DNA of 64,000 nt from Octopus sinensis. Taxonomy: Eukaryota. The DNA lies in NCBI RefSeq assembly GCF_006345805.1, contig NC_043013.1:9610001-9674000 (forward strand), read 5' to 3'. Made by a program: the position numbers and the translations under genes. Below the pieces are notes generated by a model, which was not told the DNA's origin, made no database searches, and worked only from the letters and a program-made list of their open reading frames with translations. Numbering within the stretch: the first letter of the stretch is position 1; each line of letters begins with the position of its first letter. Below, in pieces: positions 37,451 to 49,635 of this stretch.

Positions 37451-38466
37451 TGGGCATGCGTGTGTATGTTCATTTCTCAGTTCAGTAGATGAGGATTCTA
37501 ATACATGTATATACACTTGCTGTGCCAGTTCCAGATTTTTTTTGGCAGAGGTCCGAAAGGTCTTCTCTGGAGGTTTGTAGATATTCGGGAGCAAGTCATA
37601 AAATCAGAAATTAATTAGTACTAAACTGGATCAATCTTAGTTTCTTTGAAGGCTTCTTGTCAACATCGTATATGTCAAGTAAGTTATTGTAAGTATATTT
37701 TTAACTGGATATACTTAGATTTATTCGAATTTCTTGGAACCAATAGATATAAATACAATGAATAAATTTTTTGGTGTAGAACACTGAATTGTTCAGAAAA
37801 AATTAATGGTTTAAAATTTTGGTAGAGATTCCTGGACTTTAGGCGAGTGAGAGCGTCGGTTACAGCGCACCCCAATTACTTTCCTACTAGTAGTTTACTT
37901 TATCGGACTTGAAAGGATAAAATGTAAAGTCGACCCCGGGGATATCAAATTCAGAATATAAACAGCTTGAAGAAATGCCGCTAAACTGTTTGCCCAGGCC
38001 CTAACGATTTTGCCGAGTAAATAATAAAGGGACATCATCCATATGAAAACACTGGGTTAGGTTACTCTGACAGAAGGCCAAATGTTGTTTGAAAGAATGA
38101 GCTTTCTTTTGCGACGACATAGCTAAATTAACTCTGATTTCCTATTTCAAGTGTCTTGTTTTTCTTAGGGTGAATTATTGTTCGATTTCATTATGTGTTG
38201 GTCATGTTTAAGAGGTTATGGTACAAAACGTCTTCTTACATATGTTAGGTATTATGTCCTTGCTCTGCAAATGGGAAAGCTGCTACTTTGTCTCTATTCA
38301 AGAGAGTTTTACAGTACCTATCTGTACATGGAGGTCGCATACGTCTGATGTGATAAGCAACCTCTTGAAATCAATATATAGATGCAACTATAAATTCATG
38401 GTGATAAAAACGTATATATAAATACATGCCTACATGCATACATACATACATGCGTACATACATACA

Positions 38467-38497
<31 letters not shown>

Positions 38498-39383
38498 CAT
38501 ACATACATACAAATATATTTGTGTGTATGCATGTATCAAGTGTACGTGCTACATATATATATATATATATATATATATAGATATATATATATATATATAT
38601 GTACACATATATATATGGTCTGTGTATATATGATATTATATATATATGTAGTGTATATATATATACATGCATATGTATATATATATACATATGGAGCATA
38701 CTTAGTACCACAATGCAACTTGTGGAAAGTAATATCAATTATATCGTGGCATCGCAATAAAATATGAGGTAAGATCAACAACAGATGAAATAGATTTGAT
38801 CTCAGCAATAATCAGCAATAAACTATAGTGTTGTCTCGTAAGTTCAATGTTCGTGTGTGTGTTTGAGTGCGTGTGTATGTGTGGTGTGTGAGAGTGTATG
38901 TGCGTGCTTGCGAGTGTGTGTGTGTGTTTTTGTGCGTGCGTGCGTGTGTGTGTTTGTGTGTGTAAATACATATACGTGCAGAAAGAACTCGACCTCTTTT
39001 GTGGGTGTGTTAAGTTTCGGAAGACCCCGAAAGAATCCTACATATATGTCTAGCTTAAAACTGAAAAAACTGCGTAGATGCTAAGAAGTAACCTAGGTCT
39101 ATGATATAACAGGAAACAAATTGCCAGACGGGATTCTATCAAGTTCAATATAGGAAATTTAGATATTCAGCAAATCCTAGAAGCACCTCTGTCTAAAAGA
39201 AGCAATCTCCTTCTGCTACTCAAATGAGTATGAGACATTTTTGGGACAGCCGTTTCGGCACAGCCATTTCGGCACAGCCGTTTTGGCGTCAGCCATTTGG
39301 TGTCGCTGATTGTTCACTAACATATTTTGATATCATACATTTTAATGTTTCTCTCGTTTTCATATATCTTTCGTCTCCTCTCC

Positions 39384-39454
<71 letters not shown>

Positions 39455-40523
39455 TCATACACATACACACACACATACACACATACTGCTTATGTGTGCG
39501 GAAATATTTCTCTTTATGGATATAAGGAGAAAGCAAAGTGTTTATGGCAACTGTGTTCCCTTTATATATCGTAATGTCCCTATCTCACCCGCTCTGTCTC
39601 TCACACTATCTGTATGCGTGCATTTCTGCACTCACACGCGTGTGTGCTTGTCTTCAGTACTAAAAATTACTGCCGCCAAAACAGATAACTTGTCCATTCA
39701 ACATTGCCAATTGGCCAGCGTCCAAACAGCCCCGCAAACTCATCTCATTTCGGACTCAATCATATTAACGTAGCTACCACATATCTGAACCGTGCAAAGT
39801 TCTCCGACATCGTTGCTCTTAAAATAACACACATACTACGTTACATGATCTAGTTGAACAATTGACAGAATAGATGTAGGTTATGTCTCAAAGCATCGAG
39901 GTACAGTTGTCGAGGTCAACAATGCATTTGTTTTTGCTTATAAAAGTCCTCAATTTATTGAAATGCTTGAAGAATGTGTATTCAGATGTTTTCGAGTTTT
40001 CTCAGGTATATTATTGCTTATTAGAATAGCTGGCCTCACTGACGATACGCGAGCTACTCACACACACAATTGACGCTAAATTTGACTAGGGTGTTAAAAA
40101 AAAAAAACACCTACACTGCTAGAAATAAGAGTTAAACGCGATTTCCTTTACCTCATCAGTTAAGCCAGTTCGGTGTTCGGTTTTTTCCTGACTCTTTTCT
40201 ATTAGAATATATGTTTTCGTAATCCAAATTAATGGATGATTTAACGAATCGCTAATGTGTATACACAAAATTAATATAAACAGCAGGTTGCAATATTTTG
40301 CCAAAAAGGTAAATTATATTTGTCACTAAATCTGACTAGGGTGCTACAAAATACCTGATGAAGCAACGGAAATTGCTGAAACTGACGTCAACCTTAAGAA
40401 TTCTCGGTGGGGATTTTTCGGACAATTATGGTTGCTGTTAGTATATATATGTTACCATTCATGTGCGTTAACTATATAGCATTGGAATTTTTAGCTCTTG
40501 TTTCCGATAATCAGGTCGATAAA

Positions 40524-40594
<71 letters not shown>

Positions 40595-40745
40595 ATGTAT
40601 GTATGTATGTATGTATGTATGTATGTATGTATGTGTGTTGTTCACCTTGTCCACCGTCCTAAATCCCACTCTGTGTCGTCGTTTTGTGTTGTTTTGTTTT
40701 TGTTTGTTTAATCTTGTCCCTAATTCCCGCAATATTTACGTTTAT

Positions 40746-40812
<67 letters not shown>

Positions 40813-40934
40813 TGTATATATATATGCGGTGTATGTGCACGCGCGCATGTGTATCTGTTTTTTGTTTTGTTTTTGTTTTTGTTTTTCCAGTTTCAGCTCT
40901 TGAGCTGTGGCCATGCTGGGGCACCGCCATTGTG

Positions 40935-41092
40935 GTGAAAGAGTACAGCAGAGATCACCACCCCCTGCCGGAGCCTCGTAGAGCTTTTAGGTGTTTTCGC
41001 TCAATAAACACACACAACGCCCAGTGTGAGAATCGAAACCGCGATCCTGCGACCGCGAGTCCGCTGCCCTAACCACTAGGCCATTGCGCCTC
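40935..41092 (-). mobile_element. SINE family C subtype, 5' part
   Basis: Minus head GAGGCGCAATGGCCTAGTGGTTAGGG..GGTTTCGATTCTC. Confidence 0.8.
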
Positions 41093-41269
41093 TACATGTG
41101 TGTATAGATATTTATGTATGCTTGTGTAATATGTATGTATAAGTGTGTTACTGATATGAAAGACATATTACCTACACTGTGTGACTCTGCAAACATGAAA
41201 CACGAGTTAGAGTGCAGAAATAATTTAAACTTTGGGACCTTAGATAAAAACATGTGAATGCACATATAA

Positions 41270-41347
<78 letters not shown>

Positions 41348-41679
41348 ATCTCTATATATATATATAGTATGTTATATTGAATATCCTATTTCCCTATTTG
41401 TACATGCATTCATATACTAATACAGCGCTGTAACAAAATTTTCAAGGCCTTTAACAAAATTATTTCTTTACTATATGTGGATAAGCTATTCATGGAGTCG
41501 TCCATTTTATTAATGAATCGAAATGCATTATTTTCGAGGTAAATATGTGCACCGACACACGCACGCACACACGCACATATCGACACACAGATAGACAAAT
41601 AAATAGATTTATAGATAAACAGATATAGATAGACAGGCAGACAGACAGACAGATAGATGTATATATAGATGTATAGATA

Positions 41680-41723
<44 letters not shown>

Positions 41724-41857
41724 TACAAGCATAAAACATACATATATTGTCCTTATATATATATTGTTATAATTGCATATAACTATAAGTATAAATCTTG
41801 TATACTACGCACAGACACGCACCACACACACACACACACACACACACACCACACACA

Positions 41858-41888
<31 letters not shown>

Positions 41889-41919
41889 CACCACACACAC
41901 ACACACACACACAACACAC

Positions 41920-41959
<40 letters not shown>

Positions 41960-42014
41960 AACACACACACACCACACACACACCCACTATATATATATAT
42001 ATATATATATTGAT

Positions 42015-42245
42015 TCGCTAGCCTCTGCACGCATTTTTTTCTCTCCTTCTTTCTGTGTTTCTTCTCTGTGTATCTTTCTGTTGAAGAGCGTAGGCTTGAA
42101 ACGTAAAAGACTTGTTTTATTTATATTCCTGAGCGCCATACTAATACAATTGTTTGTTTGTATTCCACCTGCTTTCGTCTTTTGTTTATTTCCGTAAACC
42201 TGCCTTCGTCTTTTGTCTATTTTGATAAAGCTTCCCGTTATATAT
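42015..42245 (+). mobile_element. Penelope-like short element or pseudo-LTR fragment with hammerhead-like motif
   Basis: TCTTT CTGTTGA AGAGC GTAG GCTT GAAAC GTA AAAGA at 42073-42110. Confidence 0.5.
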
Positions 42246-42257
42246 ATACACACATAT

Positions 42258-42420
42258 ATACGATGAGCTTCTTTCAGTTTCCGTCTACCAAATCCACTCA
42301 GAAGGCTTTGGTCGGCCTGAGGATATAGTTGAAGACACTTGATTAAGGTGCCACACAGTGGGAATGAACCCGGGATCATGTAGGTTGTAAGCAAGCTACT
42401 TACCACATAGCCACTCCTGT
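42258..42420 (-). mobile_element. SINE family A, 5' half
   Basis: Reverse complement of head and CORE-like region. Confidence 0.85.
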
Positions 42421-43287
42421 GTCTGTGTGTTGTTCAAGAATACGACACATTGCTAAGGAATCGATACCATAATCTTACGTTCATTAGTCTAACACCTTAT
42501 CCACTAAGCCATACGCACAATTAGCAGTAAGTGTGCGTACGAAAGATACGCGGGTTTTGTAGAACGACGAATAAAATTCTATTCGCTATATTTGCACATT
42601 TCTTTACGGTTTGAGTTCAAACTCAATTGGGTCCTTTGCATCATATCTAACATTTTTAATGTATAAAAACCAAGTTCAGTAACGTAATATAGTCAGTCAA
42701 ATCAAATATAAGCTCCTTCAAAATGTGACTTGTCTGTATGTCAGAAATCTTTATATTCTCTCTCCTCTCACCCTAAAATATGTGAAAGTGGTAACTTAGA
42801 AAATTTCGACGTTGATGAGGTAAATATTAATGATAAATACTTGAAAATTGATTTTCTTTATGCCTTCTGTATTAATTCGCTATCTTCGGTTGTTCCTAAA
42901 TTCATTTATAGAAACAAAATATGATAAGGAAAACGAAAATATGGATTTTTAAATTTGTCTTTTTGCCTCTGTAGCCGTTTCATGTTATCTAGCAGTCGCT
43001 TCTGCTTCGAGTAGTGTCAAACCTACTTATCTCCCTTGCAACGTTACAGCGTTCAAACATCCACAGCCCGCTCAGTCGTTTAAACTGCAACTAGCTTCCG
43101 TTGATGATGCGGTTAATATAATCTAGAGTAATAACAGGCATAGTAATAATAAATTCTAGCATGAACACAAGACAACGTATTATCTAATAAATATAGGAAG
43201 CAAAGTGAGTCTTTGGTGCTTATTATTTTATGGACCTCGATATATAGTTTGATTTTTGATTTTCCAGTTTCAGATAGATAAATAGAT

Positions 43288-43560
43288 ACTCTTTTACTCT
43301 TTTATTCTTTTACTTGTTTCAGTCATTCGACTGCAACCATACTGGAGCACTGCATTTAGTCGAGCAAATCAACCCCAGGACTTATTCTTTGGAAGCCTAG
43401 TACTTATTCTACCGGTCTGGGACGTACGCACACCAGCATCGGTTGTCAAGCGATGTTGGGAAGACACAGCGACACAAACATATACACACATATACATACA
43501 TACATACATCATACATACATACATACATACATACATACATACATACATACATACACACAC

Positions 43561-43619
<59 letters not shown>

Positions 43620-43682
43620 CATAAACGACGGGTTTCTTTCAGTTTCCGTCTACCAAATCTTAATCACAAGGCTTTGGTCGGC
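43288..43682 (-). mobile_element. SINE family A, 5'-truncated
   Basis: Tail, 3' half, microsatellite and part of the 5' half. Confidence 0.85.
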
Positions 43683-44461
43683 CAATATTTATTTCTATAT
43701 CTATATCTATATGTATCTATTATCTATACTCATATCTATATCTATCTATGTGTATGTATGTATGTTTGTTTGTATGTATGTATGTTTGTTTGTATGTATG
43801 TATGTACGTCTGTCTGTATGTATGTATAACGCGCAGCGCACTCACACACTCACACATATACGCACACGACAGAATTCTCACACAGTTTCCGTTCACCAGT
43901 TTCAATCGCAAGGTAGTAGTCGGCCCCGGTTAGAGTAAGGGTTCTAGTAGAAAACACTTTTCTAAATTGCCATGCAGTGGTACAGAACACGAAACCACGT
44001 CGTCACAAAACGAAATTCTTAACCGCATATCCATAAAAATTAAATTAATGTATTCCTAAGGTGGTTGCCACGGTTGGGATGCCTTTTATCGCATTGCTCA
44101 AGATGACCACTCTGTTTTTACGATCGAATATGATTTGAAAGATTTTGACTGCTGTTTCTAGCAGTCAGAGTGGCTATGTAGAGACCCACTATTTGACTCA
44201 TATATATTCTTGTTGCTCCCTTCACTGTTATTGCTAAAATCATTGCTGTAGTCGTTTAATCACAGTTCGGCCTGATCGAACGCATTTGATCGAAGTATCC
44301 AAGTTAAACATTATCTAAATATACATATATATATACATTTTGTATATTTTTTTATGTTCTATGATTTGAGAAATACTTGGTTTCACTGCTATTCCTAAGA
44401 GTCTTTGACTGGTGACAACCTCCATATTTGCAGAATAATTTCAGAATTTACGTATCGCTAA

Positions 44462-45050
44462 GCGGCGAGCTGGCAGAAACGTTTGCACGCCGGGCGAAAT
44501 GCTTAGCGGTATTTCGCCTGCCGTTACGTTCTGAGTTCAAATTCCGCAGAGGTCGACTTTGCCTTTCATCGTTTCGGGGTCGATAAATTAAGTACCAGTT
44601 ACGCACTGGGGTTGATATAATCGACTTAATGCCTTTGTCTGTCCTTGTTTGTCCTCTCTGTGTTTAGCCCCTTGTGGATAGTAAAGAAATATGTATTTCG
44701 TCTGCCGTTAATTTCTGAGTTCAAATTCCGCCGATCTCGACTTTGCCTTTCATCCTTTCGGGGTCGATTAAATAAGTACCAGTTACTCACTGGGGTTGAT
44801 ATAATCGACTTAATCCCTTTGTCTGTCCTTGTTTGTTCTCTGTGTTTAGCCCCTTGTGAGTAGTAAAGAAATAGGTATTTCGTTCGTCTTTACGTTCTGA
44901 GTTCAAATTCTGCTGAGGTCGACTTTGCCTTCTCATCTTTTTCGGGGTCGATATGATAAGGAACAGTTGAGAACTGGAGGTGATGTAATCACCTCACCCC
45001 TCCTCGCAAATGTCAGGCCTTGTGCCTATAGTAAAAAGGAATAGTAGGCT
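44462..45050 (+). repeat. SINE B multimer: head + B1 + B1 + B2
   Basis: GTATTTCG restarts at 44509, 44693 and 44875; the last unit has the B2 tail. Confidence 0.9.
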
Positions 45051-45251
45051 AAGCGAAGGGCAAAATTCTTAGCGGCATTTCTATGTCATGTATGCTCCGC
45101 GTCCAATTATCGCTGAGGTCGGCTTTCCCATTCATTCTTTGCGGAGATGATAAAATATGTACCGACCGGGCACTGGAGTCGATGCAATTGACTTAACCTA
45201 CCTCACAAATTTTAGGCCTTATGCCAAATTTTGAAACCCAATATTAGACTA

Positions 45252-45606
45252 CAGTTCAATATTTAAGAGATAAGGAATTATGTACATTATTTACATTATT
45301 TACATTCGACGGATATTTGTGCTCATCTTAACTACTACGCCATATGCCCACGGGCATATGGCGTAGTGGTTAAGAGCTCGGGCTACTAACCCCAAGATTC
45401 CGAGTTCGATTCCAAACAGTGACCTGAACAAATATTAATAATGATGAATATAATAATAACAACAACATCGAAAAATACCATAGGAACAAGAACCCAGGTT
45501 CATAATTTCCCCAAGACACCTGAAGAAGACTGGTGGGTATATCAGTCGAAACGTTGTGTTAACAACAAAAAAGATGAGGACACATATCCGTCGAATGTAA
45601 ATAATG
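45252..45606. mobile_element. SINE family D inverted composite (short minus arm plus full plus-strand copy)
   Basis: Minus arm 45252-45349 (22-nt head fused to the last about 78 nt), plus arm 45352-45606 with A box TGGCGTAGTGG and B box GAGTTCGATTCC. TSD CAATATTAGACTA at 45239 and 45607. Confidence 0.9.
45515..45560 (+). ncRNA. Minimal type I hammerhead ribozyme motif
   Basis: GACAC CUGAAGA A GACUG guggguauau CAGUC GAAAC GUU GUGUU; stem II shows a compensatory G-C to A-U change relative to 32243. Confidence 0.75.
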
Positions 45607-46509
45607 CAATATTAGACTAAGCTTATATTCAACCTTCAATCGGTAATTTATCTGTGACTAATAAATGTTATAAAATCGTTACAAGAAAATGTTTTTGGAG
45701 AAGTCCGTGGTCTTGTCTTTTACTATAATTCTAAGAATATCAAATGTACCCCAAGAAGGTCTGGCATAGACAGCTACTTTAATTCATGAGCACCGGATAG
45801 AGAAAGACCAGAAAGATCTCGGCGGGAATTGAGCTCACAATTTAAAGAACTATAACTGATCGCTCGTAAGTATTCCACATGATTTTCTAACGATTTTTGC
45901 CACGGTTCCAGAACATTGCTGGAATAAATAATATAACAGAAAGTCGACCTCAGCGAAAGGTGAATACAGAACGACAAGGGGACATAACTAAACAGTATTT
46001 GACATTTTGGCCTGACGTAAAAACGTCCCTGACTGCCTCATCGTTTTTACTTGGTCAGAAAACAGTAACGCTGTCTTCTTATACTGACAGCAGGCTGGAT
46101 GTTGGTAGTCGGGTGTTTACCGAATGCTTACGACATTTTATGACGCGGTGTTGGTGATTGTGACATACACGGCAAGGATGGAAACGAAATGAAAATATTT
46201 AAAAAAAACCCCAAAAAACTGACACATAATGTTGCCATGTGTGTGTGTTAGCTGTGCTTAGATTCACGCATGCACAAACGCATACATACACACATACACC
46301 CTCACATAGGCGCACGTGTGTATGAATAAGAAGATTTTTGTATACATAACACCACCCATGTTACACTTTACCTGTTCCATTCAGTGCATTACGGCCATGA
46401 AGTAGCACCACCTTGAGTTTTTTATTCTGTGGAATTAATGAACCCCACAACTTATTTTTTAAAAATCTAGCACTTAATCTGTCGGTGTCATATATATATA
46501 TACATACAG

Positions 46510-46547
<38 letters not shown>

Positions 46548-46550
46548 CAT

Positions 46551-46586
<36 letters not shown>

Positions 46587-46674
46587 GCATACATACATTA
46601 TATGTATATACATCTACCTTATGTATATACATGCATAATATATATATGTAAATATATATATAATATATAAATAT

Positions 46675-46906
46675 ATTTAGGGTATCTAAGAGATACCTCC
46701 ATGCTGGAAATAGCAGCCAAAACTTGACTCTAAAACCACATTAAATGTTCATACAGCACCAGGAGAGAAGAGAAAAGGACAAAATGAACTAGCAAAAAAT
46801 TACTGCTTTTTTTTCTCTCCTGGTGCTGTATGAACATTTAATGTGGTTTAGAGTCAAGTTTTGGCTGCTATTTCCAGCATGGAGGTATCTCTTAGATACC
46901 CCAAAT
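46675..46906. repeat. Fold-back inverted repeat, arms about 100 bp, spacer about 30 bp
   Basis: GGGTATCTAAGAGATACCTCC..CAGGAGAGAA | spacer | TTCTCTCCTG..GGAGGTATCTCTTAGATACCC. Confidence 0.9.
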
Positions 46907-47006
46907 GCGGGCACCTTGGGCAAGTGTCTTCTACTATAGCCTCGGGCCGACTAAAGCCTTCTGAGTGGATTGGTAGACGGAAACTGAAAGAAGCCCGTCG
47001 TATATA

Positions 47007-47045
<39 letters not shown>

Positions 47046-47055
47046 TATATATATA

Positions 47056-47150
<95 letters not shown>

Positions 47151-47167
47151 TATGTGGTATATAGTAG

Positions 47168-47215
<48 letters not shown>

Positions 47216-47217
<2 letters not shown>

Positions 47218-47378
47218 CGAGAGGAGGGCTGTGTGGTAAGTAGCTTGCTAACCAACCACATGGTCCCGGGTTCAGTCCCACTGCGTGGCACCTTGGGCAA
47301 GTGTCTTCTGCTATAGCCTCGGGCGACCAAAGCCTTGTGAGTGGATTTGGTAGATGGTAACTGGAAGAAGCCTGTCGA

Positions 47379-47412
<34 letters not shown>

Positions 47413-47620
47413 CTGTGTCTGTCCCCCTAGCATTGCTTGACAACCGATGCTGGTGTGTTTACGTCCCCGGCACTTAGCGGTTCGGCAAAAGAGACCGATA
47501 TAATAAGTACTGGGCTTACAAAGAATAAGTCCCGGGGTCGATTTGCTCGACTAAAGGCGGTGCTCCAGCATGGCCGCAGTCAAATGACTGAAACAAGTAA
47601 AAGAGTAAAAGAGTAAAGAG
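47216..47620 (+). mobile_element. SINE family A, full length
   Basis: Complete plus copy. A truncated 5' part also lies at 46911-47000. Confidence 0.9.
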
Positions 47621-47649
47621 TATATATATATGTCGTATATATGTATATA

Positions 47650-47852
47650 CTCTTTTACTCTCTCTATTACTCTTTTACTTGTTTCAGTCATTTGACTGCG
47701 GCCATGCTGGAGTACCGCCTTTAATCGAGCAACTCGACCCCGGGACTTATTCTTTGTAAGCCCAGTACTTATTCTATCGGTCTCTTTTGCCGAACCAGCA
47801 TCGGTTGTCAAGCAATACTAGGGGGACAAATACAGACACACAAACACACACG

Positions 47853-47918
<66 letters not shown>

Positions 47919-48075
47919 TACGACGGGCTTCTTTCAGTTTCCGTCTACCAAATCTACTCACAAGCTTTGGTCGGCCCGAAGCTATAGTAGAAGACTCTTG
48001 CTCAAGGTGCCACGCAGTGGGACTGAACCCGGAACTATATGGTTGGTAAGCAAGCTACTTACCACACAGCCACTC
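47650..48075 (-). mobile_element. SINE family A, near full length, inverted relative to 47216
   Basis: Tail-to-tail with the previous copy, about 30 bp apart. Confidence 0.9.
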
Positions 48076-48860
48076 ATATGTTTGTCTCCCCAGCATCGCT
48101 TGAGTGTCTTTTACTATCTGTGTTTGTCCTCCTACCATCGCTTGTCAACCGATGTTGGCGTTTTTACCTCCCCGTAACTTCGCAGTTCGGCCAAAGTGAC
48201 CGATAGAATATGTACCAAGCTTACAAAAATTAAGTCCTGGGGTCGATTTGTGGTGGTGCTCCTGCATGGCCATAGTCAAATGACTGAAACAAATAATAGA
48301 ATAGAAATGTATGTGTTGTACCTTAGCCCGCTCTCTCCATCAAAATCGACGATGCTGGAACCGGTGCACGATGTAGCAGACATCAGGTGTCGAAGCGATC
48401 TCAAGTGAAACGTCAGACGAGGTGTTTTACTCAAGGAAAAGAATGCATCGTGTGGTCTAGGGATTGAAACCACGACCGTGAGTGTAACACACTGACCCCT
48501 TAACAATGTGCCTTAGTATTTATCGAAACGCATGATACGAGGTAAGTTATAATGGATTTAATGTAGTTAAAGTGATCGATATAAATAGAAAACAAAGCTT
48601 TCCCTTTATAAGATTAGAGTGGAGAATTAAGAAAATGGAGGACCAAATGATTGGAAAGATAGCAAAAAAGGTATAGAGAGGTGGGAATAGATAGGCAAAC
48701 TATGTGGGAATCAAAGTTTAATAAAAAGTTTAATGGTAGTTGCCAGCTGTTAAATGCTAAGGAATTGCGAATAAATAAGTATTAAAGTATTTGTATTGAA
48801 GTGTCGAAATACAGTTTTGGAAAATATAGCAACGCTATAAAATTTGAACACAGGGAAAAG

Positions 48861-49635
48861 GCGGCGAGCTGGCAGAAACGTTAGCACACCGGACGAAATG
48901 CTTAGCGGTATTTCGTCTGCCGTTACGTTCTGAGTTCAAATTCCGCCGAGGTCGACTTTGCCTTTCATCCTTTAGGGATCGATTAAATAAGTACCAGTTA
49001 CGCACTGGGATCGATATAATCGACTTAATCCGTTTGTCCTCTCTGTGTTTAACCCCCTTTCTGGGTAGTAAAAAAATAGAAATAGGTATTTCGTCTGCTG
49101 CTACGTTCTGAGTTCAAATTGCGCCGAGGTCGACTTTGCCTTTCATCCTTTCGGGATCGATTAAATAAGTACCAGTTACGCACTGGGGTCGATATAATCG
49201 ACTTAATCCGTTTGTCCTCTCTGCGTTTAACCCCCTTTCTGGGCAGTAAAGAAATAGAAATAGGTATTTTGTCTGCCGCTACGTTCTGAGTTCAAATTGC
49301 GCTGATGTCGACTTTGCCTTTCATCCTTTCGTGGTCGATAAATTAAGTACCAGTTATGCACTGGGGTCGAAATAATCGATTTAATCTCTTTGTCTGTCCT
49401 TGTTTGTCCTCTCTATGTTCAGCCCCTTGTGAGCAATAAAGAAATAAGAAGCCTTAGCACGCCGGGCAAAATGCATAGCAGTATTTCGTTTTGTCTTTAT
49501 GTTCTGAGTTCAAATTCTCCGAGATCGACTTTCGGAGTCGCTAAATTAAGTACCAGTTGCGTAATGGAGTCGATATAATCGACTGCCCCCCACCCCACAA
49601 ATTTGGGGCCTTGTGCCTAGAGTAGAAAAGAATTA
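48861..49635 (+). repeat. SINE B multimer, 4 units
   Basis: Restarts at 48908, 49086, 49264 and 49481. Units 1-2 share the private variant AACCCCCTTTCTGGG..AAATAGAAATAG; the last unit has the B2 tail. Confidence 0.9.
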
